Of a DNA stretch of 64,000 bases, positions 29,428-37,287 are shown in pieces (the stretch's first letter is position 1; each line of letters starts with the position of its first letter). This DNA is from an uncultured Acidobacteriota bacterium. Its GTDB lineage: Bacteria; Acidobacteriota; Vicinamibacteria; Vicinamibacterales; CAVVIG01. A program made the position numbers and the translations under genes. The stretch is taken from NCBI GenBank assembly GCA_963794305.1, contig CAWCDQ010000045.1, forward strand, positions 64,138-128,137, read 5' to 3'. The notes under the pieces are model-generated. The model made no database searches. It saw nothing but the letters and a program-made list of their open reading frames with translations, and was not told the origin of the DNA.

Positions 29428-31089
29428 TCAGCGCCTGCCGCACACCTCCACCCCTCGCCGAGTCATTCCGTCGAGCGCGGCCGATCCGACCGGGTTGTGA
29501 GCCAGAATCCCGTCGATAAATGCCTGCACCCGACGAGGATATTGTTGCCCCCGATCCGAATACTGACGAACCAGTGAGGAGATCCGCGAAACAAGCCGCG
29601 CACGTCGGTACGCGTGCAATGGGACATGACCGTGTTCTGCGCGCGAGCACATTGCGTCGCACACGGTCCGCCATTTCTCCGAATCGCTGGCGGTGACGAG
29701 CCGCGCTGCGGCCATGACTTCTCCGTAAGCGCGCGTCAGCCGATCCAGATGCCTGTGCGCGAGTTCGCGAGTACGCCGCCGCCGAGCCATCGTCCCGGAC
29801 ACCTGAATGCGCGCCAGTGTGCGAACCACTTCGGTATGATCCGCCTCCGGGCGCCGGAGGTAGCGTCGCGGCAACAACGAGAGCAGCCGAAACACATCCA
29901 CCACGCTGATGCCCCGGCCGGTCGCGGTCCTCGCGTCCAGCGTTCCCGGATTTCTGAGCGCTATCAGACGACTCAGCACCTGCACGAAGCGCCCGACGAC
30001 CGGAGGGTGATGGCATCGCACGCGGAGGGCGAGGGTCTCGTCGAACCCGGCGGCCTTCAGAAACTGAATCGAGAGCTCTTCCTCGTAGCACCTGTGAAAT
30101 TCGGCGACGCAATCAAGGCCGTCGGCGCCGAGAGCGCTCCGTCGTTCAGGCGTCAGCGACTCCGTCACGCACAGAAACATCGCGTGCAGGTGCGGCACTC
30201 TGGAGAGGTGTTCCCGCCCGAAGACCGCGTCACGGCGTCGTTGACGCGCGGCGTGCATCGGCGCAGTGCGGTCCTGTGTCGTCATCAGCCACACATCGAG
30301 CATCTCGCCAAACAGCCCCATGTTCGATGTGGAGAGCGCTCCGTGCAGCACGCGCCATCGGACTTGCTCGGCGGCCGTGCGAGCCTGCAGGCGAAGGATG
30401 CGCCGCATCGTATCGGCCAGCTGCGGTCGGCCGTCTCTTGTGACCAGGACGCCACCGTATCGGGCGAGCTTCACGAAGAGCGTCGGCAGATCGCTGAGGT
30501 CTTCGCCGAGCTGCCGAACCAAATGCGCTGGACGATAGGGTGCACCACAGCGGGCAATCACCGCCGCGCGCGCAAGACCGCCATCGACCTCCACGGTGCG
30601 TCCTTGATCGAGAATCGCCACGACCCGTGCGGCACCAGCCGAGAAGATACGCGTCGCGAGCTCGCCGTAGACGGCCTCGGCGATCGCGTGAACAAGTTGG
30701 AGCCCGCCGTCCCGATGACGCGGGCCGCCCACGCCCGCCAGCGGCGTCCGCCCGATCCCTTTGAGGAACACGTTCTTCGAGAGCAAGATGCCGCCTCGAG
30801 CCGAGCCCGCGTGGTCGCCCATGGCGGAACCGTAGTACCGATCGCAATGGAGTGTGACGACAGCACGGCGGCCCGCCGCCTGGCCAGCCTCGATCGCCCG
30901 GCACGAGAATGCGTCGACGAGCTGCCGCTCGAGGCGTCGGCTGAGGCGATTCTCGCGTGGTACTGAAAAGCCCATTTGCCGGGCGACCTCGAAGTTGCAC
31001 CACAGTACCCGCGCTGGAACGACGGCCGCCGGGAACGGCGACAGCGTGCGTGCTCCGAGAGCGCCGAATCGAAGAGAAGGCGCGCGCAT
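29428..31089 (-). CDS. Divergent SelO/YdiU-like kinase-fold protein (putative nucleotidyltransferase) with long Arg-rich helical C-terminal extension
   Basis: 553-aa intact ORF. By-eye matches to SelO family motifs: RYYGSAMGDHAGSARGGILL, FLKGIGRTP (Lys of LKGxGxTP), DGGLQLVHAIAEAVYGE, and RVLHGALSTSNMGLFGEMLDVW (compare HGVLNTDNMS..G.T.DYG). Confidence 0.65.
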   Translation of the reverse strand: MRAPSLRFGALGARTLSPFPAAVVPARVLWCNFEVARQMGFSVPRENRLSRRLERQLVDAFSCRAIEAGQAAGRRAVVTLHCDRYYGSAMGDHAGSARGGILLSKNVFLKGIGRTPLAGVGGPRHRDGGLQLVHAIAEAVYGELATRIFSAGAARVVAILDQGRTVEVDGGLARAAVIARCGAPYRPAHLVRQLGEDLSDLPTLFVKLARYGGVLVTRDGRPQLADTMRRILRLQARTAAEQVRWRVLHGALSTSNMGLFGEMLDVWLMTTQDRTAPMHAARQRRRDAVFGREHLSRVPHLHAMFLCVTESLTPERRSALGADGLDCVAEFHRCYEEELSIQFLKAAGFDETLALRVRCHHPPVVGRFVQVLSRLIALRNPGTLDARTATGRGISVVDVFRLLSLLPRRYLRRPEADHTEVVRTLARIQVSGTMARRRRTRELAHRHLDRLTRAYGEVMAAARLVTASDSEKWRTVCDAMCSRAEHGHVPLHAYRRARLVSRISSLVRQYSDRGQQYPRRVQAFIDGILAHNPVGSAALDGMTRRGVEVCGRR

Positions 31090-31110
31090 ACGCCGCGTAG
31101 AATACCGTGT

Positions 31111-32181
31111 GTGCCGTCATGCTTGGCGAACCCTCGATGGAAGCAGGGAGTGTTTTCTGTCGGCGGTCGCGATTACGAGTGGCTGGACATTTTTCTCGCG
31201 GCAATGCTGCGCGGTGAGTGGCGCGCGTTCGAGACGCGACTGGTTGAAGCCCTTGCCTGCCTGGCTGAAGCAAGCGAGGAGCAGTATTGGCCCGACGCGG
31301 ACCGCATCGACGCCGCAGCGAGCGCCTTCCGGTACGATCGCGACCTCCTGACGAGCGACGCGACCATTGCCTGGATCGAGCAGGAGGGTCTGACCCTCGA
31401 CGACTGGACCAACTTCCTGGTGGGACGCCTCCTCGTCGAGGAGTGGAGCGATCGACTCGCGCTGGTCGATCGGCATGCGCCGTCGCCGACTGTCACAGAT
31501 AGCGCCTTCGCCGCCGAGGGCATCTGCTCCGGAGCCTTCGATGCATGGGCCAGCACCCTCGCCGGACGGGCCGCCGTCGCGGCGACGGCGGCGAACGTCG
31601 AACTGGAGCACGCGCCCATCGACGATGCGCGCCTCGAGCGGGCTCGAAGGGATCATTCGGCCTGGCTCGAGCCGATCGAGCCAGCCATCCTTGCCGATCG
31701 GCTGATGTTCCTGGACCGGCTGCACTCGACGTTTGACGCACAGGCGCGAGCCAGGACCACGCCTGAGGCGCTTACCGCGCAACTCACGCGCAATCGCCTC
31801 GAATGGATGCGGGTGGACCTGGAACGCCTCTCGTTCGCCACTGTCGATGCGGCGCGCGAAGCGGCGTGGTGTGTGCTCGAAGACGGGCTCACCCTTGATG
31901 ACATTGCCGTCGATTTAGGGCTTGCCGTCCACGACTCGTGCGAGCTGATCGAGCGGCTCGACCCCGAGGTGCGCGAGGCTGTCCTTGGCGCCAACGTCGA
32001 TCAGCTCATCGGACCGGTGAAGGTTGGCGACCGCTACGAGGTGATCTGGGTTGTCGGCAAGGCTGTACCAGACCTCGCCGATCCGTTGGTCTCCGCCCGC
32101 GCGGCGACCGCCGCGATCGAACAACTGGTCGCGATGGCCACACGCTCGCACGTCCGCTGGGTGGGTCTGCCCCGGTTCTGA
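31111..32181 (+). CDS. Hypothetical protein with C-terminal parvulin (PpiC)-like segment
   Basis: In ORF 30976..32181, whose 5' end overlaps the divergent gene. In-frame starts are GTG 31111, TTG 31123 and GTG 31150, so the start is unresolved. The C-terminus SFATVDAAREAAWCVLEDGLTLDDIAVDLG...LGANVDQLIGPVKVGDRYEVIWVVGKAVP resembles a rotamase domain. Confidence 0.55.
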   Translation: MPSCLANPRWKQGVFSVGGRDYEWLDIFLAAMLRGEWRAFETRLVEALACLAEASEEQYWPDADRIDAAASAFRYDRDLLTSDATIAWIEQEGLTLDDWTNFLVGRLLVEEWSDRLALVDRHAPSPTVTDSAFAAEGICSGAFDAWASTLAGRAAVAATAANVELEHAPIDDARLERARRDHSAWLEPIEPAILADRLMFLDRLHSTFDAQARARTTPEALTAQLTRNRLEWMRVDLERLSFATVDAAREAAWCVLEDGLTLDDIAVDLGLAVHDSCELIERLDPEVREAVLGANVDQLIGPVKVGDRYEVIWVVGKAVPDLADPLVSARAATAAIEQLVAMATRSHVRWVGLPRF

Positions 32182-32229
32182 GTTATCCTCAGCTGGGTTC
32201 GGTCCCGGAGCGGAGGACTTGGCTGTGGG

Positions 32230-35200
32230 GTGGCGCGAGTGAGCGACCATGGCGTTCTCGACGAGTTGCCGATCCTCAGATTCCTGCCGGAGGGCGTTCG
32301 GGCGAACGTGATCCGGCGGTTCGTGCCGGCTTCGTTTCCGTTCGGCTCGGTGATCGTCGCTGAAGGCTCGCCCTCCGACGCGTTCTACGTCCTCGTATCT
32401 GGCAAAGCGCGCGTGGTCAAACGCGGCTCGACCGGAGACGAAATCCCCCTGAACGTGCTGCGCGCGGGCGACAGTGTCGGTGAAGCCGAGCTCCTGGATG
32501 GTGCGGTGCGCCCGTCAACAGTGCGGGCGAGCACACACGTTCTGGCGCTGCGGCTCGATGCCGACGAATTCCGGACCCTCGTCGATGCTCACCCCGACAT
32601 CCGGACCTACCTCGAACTGCAGCTCAAACACGCCCGCCTGCAAGCCTTCTTTCGCAACATGCCGGCGTTTGCGCGGCTGCCGGCTGAAGCGGTCGCTGGA
32701 GTGGTCCTTGCCGAACTGGAACCAGTGGTCCTCGACGCTGGCGAACTCGTCTACCGTCACGGCGACTCCGCCGGACCGCTGTATCTGATTGAACAAGGCC
32801 GCGTGCGTGTCCTGCAGAGCGCCAACGGTCGTTCGAACTATGTGGCGACGCTGGGAGCGGGCGAATCGTTTGGCATCGTGTCAGCGGTGCGCCGATCGCC
32901 CCGGACCACCACCGTCGAGACCATGACATCGGTACGGCTCCTGACCCTCAGCGGCGAGACGCTGGAGCGTCTCGCCGCGGCCTTGCCACAATTCCGCACA
33001 ATGCTGGACGACTGGATCGCTCAGCACGATTTCCGCAACATCGCCAACGTTCCGGCCGACATCGATCAGGAGCTGCTGCCCGCAGGTGCTGCGGCGCAAC
33101 AGTCCGTCAGCGAAGCCCAGGTCGATCAAACGGAAGACGAGGTCGACGAGGCCGATCTCGATGCGCCATTTGCTGAAGGCGGCCACTTCGTCAAGGCTCA
33201 CCGCCGTCGACGCGTGCCCTTCATCCAGCAAATCGACGAGGTGGATTGTGGCGCAGCATGCCTGGCGATGGTCACTCGCGCGTTTGGTCGGCGCGTCAGC
33301 CTCGCCCGCATTCGTCAGCTCGTGAACACCGGTCTGGACGGCACCAGTCTTCGATCGATCTGCCGAGCGGGCGAAGAACTGGGCCTGGCGACTCGCGCGG
33401 TCAAGTCGGCGACCGGCCATCTCGACCAGATGCCTCTGCCCGCCATCGTCCACTGGGACAAGTACCACTGGATCGTCGTGGTTACCGTCGATCGGAAGCA
33501 CGTCAAGGTGATCGATCCCGCTCTGGGGCGGCGGACGCTGGCGCGGGCGGAGTTCGAGAGCAGATGGAGTGGCTACGCAGCGCTGTTCGACTACACGCCC
33601 GACTTCGAGCAGGCACCGCAAGCGACTCGCCGGCTGGCGTGGACGTGGTCGCTCGTCAGGCCGCACGCGGGGCTTCTGGCGCAAGGCCTGGGGCTGGCCG
33701 TTGTCGTGAGCGCGCTGCAGATGGTGCTGCCCGTGTTCACGCAGGTGATCGTCGACCGCGTTCTCGTCGATCAGGATCTCTCGCTGCTCTATCTCCTCAT
33801 CGTCGCCATGGCCACGACGATGGTGTTCATCGTTATGTCGCTGTTGTTGCAGCGGTACCTGGTGAGCTTCTCCGCGGTCCGTATCGACGCGGCCGCCCTC
33901 GACTACATCACCCGGCGCCTGCTCGCGCTGCCGATGTCGTACTTCGCGTCGCGGCGCACCGGCGATTTGCAGCGCCGCCTCGAAGGCGTTCGACACGTAC
34001 GAGACGTCCTCGCCCAGCATGGCATCGCCGGCATCACTGCTGTCGCGCAGCTCGGCGCGACCGTCATGCTGATGGCGTTCTACAGCCGATGGCTGACCGT
34101 GGTGTTTCTCGCAACCGCGCCGCTCTACGCCCTGTTGATGCTCATGGCCGCCAAGCTGCTGCGGCCGATCTTCCTGGATCTCGAGGATTCATTCAGCAAG
34201 TACCACTCGTATCAAATCGACGCGATCAAGGGGATTGAAACAGTCAAGGCTCTGGGCGGCGAATCGGCGTTCCGCCGGCTGCTGCTCGGCCAGTTTCTGG
34301 GGGTGTCGGACAAGATCTTCAAGGCGGACTTCACGGCGATGACCTACGAGGGGGCCATCGATGCGGTGACCTTTCTTGCCGTCGGCCTCTTCCTCTGGGC
34401 GGGGGCATACCAGGTCTTGAATGGCAGGCTGTCGATTGGCGGCCTGGTGGCATTCAACTCGCTCGTGGCGCTGGCCAACACGCCCATTCGCAATCTGCTG
34501 GTGCTCTGGGACAACCTCCAACGCTGCGACGTGCTGCTCAATCGGGTCGACGACGTGTTGCAGCAGGAACCCGAGCAGGGTCACGACCGCTCGGCACTGC
34601 GGCCGGTCTCGAGCCTCGCCGGGCACGTGACGTTGAGCAACGTCGGCTTCCGTTACGGCGGTCCTGAGGCACCCGCCATCCTCGAACACGTGACCCTCGA
34701 TGTGCCCGCCGGCAAAGTGGTCGCCATCGTCGGCCGCAGCGGATCGGGGAAGACGACGGTGGCCAAGTGCATGGCCGGTCTGCTCGAGCCGACTGAGGGC
34801 ACGATTCTCTACGATGGGCTCGACCTCAGGACGTTGAACTACCGAGATCTGCGGCGCCAGATCGGGTTTGTGCTGCAGGATTCGTATGTGTTTGCCGATA
34901 CCATCGCGCGCAACATCGCGTTCGGCGAAGACGAGCCGGACATGGACCGTGTCGCGTGGGCGGCGGAAGTGGCCGGCGCGAGCGAGTTCATCACGCGGCT
35001 GCCGTTTGGTTATGACACTCGCATCGGCGAAACCGGCCTGGCGCTGTCAGGCGGTCAACGCCAGCGGATTGCCATCGCCCGTGCCGTCTACAACAGGCCG
35101 CCGATCCTGATTTTCGACGAGGCGACCAGCTCGCTCGACGCCGAATCGGAGCGGGCGGTGCAGCAGAACATCGATTCGCTGCTCGAAGGCCGAACGGCGT

Positions 35201-35358
35201 TTGTCATCGCCCATCGAATGAGCACGGTTCAGAACGCCGACGTCATCATCGTCATCGAGCGCGGCCGGTTGGTCGAACAGGGCACTCACGACGATCTGAT
35301 CGCGCGGCGCGGCCTCTACTACTATCTGGTCAGCCAGCAGCTTGGAGCAGGTGGGTAG
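32230..35358 (+). CDS. Peptidase-C39 ABC exporter (PCAT) with two N-terminal cyclic-nucleotide-binding domains
   Basis: 1042-aa intact ORF. Two CAP-type cNMP domains (GDSVGEAELLDGAVRPSTVRA; GESFGIVSAVRRSPRTTTVET). C39 domain with IDEVDCGAACLAMV (Cys) and HWIVVV (His). Six-helix TMD. Walker A GRSGSGKTT, signature LSGGQRQRIAIARA, Walker B ILIFDEATSSLD. Confidence 0.92.
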   Translation: MARVSDHGVLDELPILRFLPEGVRANVIRRFVPASFPFGSVIVAEGSPSDAFYVLVSGKARVVKRGSTGDEIPLNVLRAGDSVGEAELLDGAVRPSTVRASTHVLALRLDADEFRTLVDAHPDIRTYLELQLKHARLQAFFRNMPAFARLPAEAVAGVVLAELEPVVLDAGELVYRHGDSAGPLYLIEQGRVRVLQSANGRSNYVATLGAGESFGIVSAVRRSPRTTTVETMTSVRLLTLSGETLERLAAALPQFRTMLDDWIAQHDFRNIANVPADIDQELLPAGAAAQQSVSEAQVDQTEDEVDEADLDAPFAEGGHFVKAHRRRRVPFIQQIDEVDCGAACLAMVTRAFGRRVSLARIRQLVNTGLDGTSLRSICRAGEELGLATRAVKSATGHLDQMPLPAIVHWDKYHWIVVVTVDRKHVKVIDPALGRRTLARAEFESRWSGYAALFDYTPDFEQAPQATRRLAWTWSLVRPHAGLLAQGLGLAVVVSALQMVLPVFTQVIVDRVLVDQDLSLLYLLIVAMATTMVFIVMSLLLQRYLVSFSAVRIDAAALDYITRRLLALPMSYFASRRTGDLQRRLEGVRHVRDVLAQHGIAGITAVAQLGATVMLMAFYSRWLTVVFLATAPLYALLMLMAAKLLRPIFLDLEDSFSKYHSYQIDAIKGIETVKALGGESAFRRLLLGQFLGVSDKIFKADFTAMTYEGAIDAVTFLAVGLFLWAGAYQVLNGRLSIGGLVAFNSLVALANTPIRNLLVLWDNLQRCDVLLNRVDDVLQQEPEQGHDRSALRPVSSLAGHVTLSNVGFRYGGPEAPAILEHVTLDVPAGKVVAIVGRSGSGKTTVAKCMAGLLEPTEGTILYDGLDLRTLNYRDLRRQIGFVLQDSYVFADTIARNIAFGEDEPDMDRVAWAAEVAGASEFITRLPFGYDTRIGETGLALSGGQRQRIAIARAVYNRPPILIFDEATSSLDAESERAVQQNIDSLLEGRTAFVIAHRMSTVQNADVIIVIERGRLVEQGTHDDLIARRGLYYYLVSQQLGAGG

Positions 35359-35359
35359 G

Positions 35360-36580
35360 ATGCCAAGTTCCACTGACGTGCTATTTCTGGATTCGACGCC
35401 GCCGCCGTGGGCGGCCCGCGCGTTGGCCTGGGTCCTGCTGGCGCTTTTCGGTGTGGCCGCGCTCGCGCTGATCCTCGTTCAAGTGCCCGAGACGGTCGCC
35501 GCACCCTTCGTCCTGGTTTCTGAGCACGGGTCCGATCCGGTGCGCACGCTGCACGACGGCATCGTGACGGGTGTTTCCGTCGCTGATGCCCAGACGGTCG
35601 AACCTGGCACCGTCCTCTACACCATCAGCTCCGAAGCGGTCGGCGATCGCACGGCGGAAAGGACGGCGCTTGGAAACAGCCTGTCGGGCGGGCAGATGCA
35701 TCTCGCCAACGAGCGGAGCAAGTACGACAACCAGCGTCAGGCCGATGAGCAGGAAGTCGGCCGGCTGCAGCAGCGCCTGACCGCGATCGCGTCGCAAGTG
35801 CTGCTCAAAGAACGCCAAGTGCAGAACGCGCGGGAGATCGCCGCACGCCAGCAGCGCAGTTTCGAGGAGGGCCTCACCAGCTGGATCGAAGCATCGAAAC
35901 CGAGAATGGATACCGATCGCCTCTCCGTGGAGCTCGAAGCGGCCCGGGCGGAATCAGTGGAGACGCAGGCGGCGCTCTCGCGGCAGCGTTTCGAGATGGC
36001 CTCCCGAAAGGCGGCCTTCGACGAACTGAATCGCAGCGTCAGAGAGGAGCTCGATCGCACCCGCGTGCGCAAAGGCATGCTGGATGCCGAGTCCTCTCGG
36101 CAGGGGAGTGTCCTGACTATCCGCGCACCGTGCTCGGGGACCATCCTGAAGCTGGTGGTCCGAAACCCCGGCACCGTGGTGCACGGCTCCGAGGTGCTCG
36201 CCGAGATCACGTGCCGCGACAATCGGCTGCAGGCCGAGCTGATGGTGCCGCAGCGTGGGCTGGCGATTTTGCGAGCCGGGCAACCGGTCAAGCTGCAGTA
36301 CGACGCCTTCCCGTATCAACGCTTTGGCGTGCGCTACGCGACGCTTCGTTGGATCAGCCCAGCTTCGTCTACGCCGGAGACCGGTGGATCGTTTCGAGCG
36401 CTGGCAGACTTGGACGACCAGATTCTCCACATCGGCGGCCAGCCCCGCGCCGTCCTGCCGGGCATGGGCGGTCAGGCGTCCATCGTGGTCGGACGGCGAT
36501 CCTTGGCGAGCTACGCACTGGAGCCGCTGCGCCAAATGCGCGAGGTGATGTCATCGGGTCGATCCGCCGGCGGAATCTAG
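35360..36580 (+). CDS. HlyD-family membrane-fusion (periplasmic adaptor) protein
   Basis: In ORF 35342..36580, with the ATG at 35360 just after the exporter stop. N-terminal TM, long coiled coil (QRQADEQEVGRLQQRL...), C-terminal beta-barrel (GQPVKLQYDAFPYQRFG...LPGMGGQASIVVGRRSL). Confidence 0.85.
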   Translation: MPSSTDVLFLDSTPPPWAARALAWVLLALFGVAALALILVQVPETVAAPFVLVSEHGSDPVRTLHDGIVTGVSVADAQTVEPGTVLYTISSEAVGDRTAERTALGNSLSGGQMHLANERSKYDNQRQADEQEVGRLQQRLTAIASQVLLKERQVQNAREIAARQQRSFEEGLTSWIEASKPRMDTDRLSVELEAARAESVETQAALSRQRFEMASRKAAFDELNRSVREELDRTRVRKGMLDAESSRQGSVLTIRAPCSGTILKLVVRNPGTVVHGSEVLAEITCRDNRLQAELMVPQRGLAILRAGQPVKLQYDAFPYQRFGVRYATLRWISPASSTPETGGSFRALADLDDQILHIGGQPRAVLPGMGGQASIVVGRRSLASYALEPLRQMREVMSSGRSAGGI

Positions 36581-36595
36581 TGTTGGTCGAAATCC

Positions 36596-37285
36596 TCAGC
36601 TCTTCTGCGCCGTTTCGAGAAATCCCTCGAACAGCGCCCGGAATTCTCCCGTTCGGAAAAAATTCTCGGGATGCCATTGAACCCCGAGACAGAAGAGCGC
36701 CTTCGGATCCTCGATGGCCTCGATGACGCCGTCCGGCGCCGTCGCCGATATGACGAAGCCGCGCGCGACAGCCTTCACCGCCTGATGGTGACGGCTGTTC
36801 ACCTCGAGCGCCTCGTCAACAAGGCGATCGCGCATCAGTTTTGCGAGCAGCGAGTCCTTGTCGACCCAGACCTCGTGCGCCAACTCGTACGGCTGGTGCT
36901 GCGGCACCGGCAGGCTGTGCGCGAGCGCGCCCGCGATCTGCGACGGGATGTCCTGCACGAGCGTCCCGCCGCACGCGACATTGAGCACTTGAACGCCGCG
37001 GCAGATGGCGAGGATCGGCAGATTGCGCGCGCGCGCCGCGAGGATCAGCGCAATCTCGAATTCATCCCGTCCGGGCTCCGCCTCCTCGACCGTCTCGTGA
37101 GCGGCCTCGCCGTACCTCGACGGCGCGACGTCTCCGCCGCCCGTCAGCATGAGGCCGTCGATGCCGGTCAGCGCCTGCTCGATCGGCATCGACGAGTCGA
37201 GGGTGCGCGGTTCGCCGCCGACGTGAAGAATTGACTGCCGGTAGTCCTCGAGCTTCCGGCAGGCCGCGATGCCAATGACTGTCAT
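36596..37285 (-). CDS. Class I glutamine amidotransferase / peptidase C26 (gamma-glutamyl-GABA-hydrolase-like)
   Basis: MTVIGIA... at 37285 within ORF 36596..37375. Motifs PILAICRGVQVLN (Cys) and GVQWHPE (His). Confidence 0.85.
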   Translation of the reverse strand: MTVIGIAACRKLEDYRQSILHVGGEPRTLDSSMPIEQALTGIDGLMLTGGGDVAPSRYGEAAHETVEEAEPGRDEFEIALILAARARNLPILAICRGVQVLNVACGGTLVQDIPSQIAGALAHSLPVPQHQPYELAHEVWVDKDSLLAKLMRDRLVDEALEVNSRHHQAVKAVARGFVISATAPDGVIEAIEDPKALFCLGVQWHPENFFRTGEFRALFEGFLETAQKS

Positions 37286-37287
37286 GG

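Noticed and set aside
31119-31217. 32-codon ATG ORF (MLGEPSMEAGSVFCRRSRLRVAGHFSRGNAAR*) in the divergent promoter region, as an alternative precursor peptide.
   Set aside because: It has no GG motif and no SD, it is Arg-rich, and it overlaps the better-supported frame of the parvulin-like gene.
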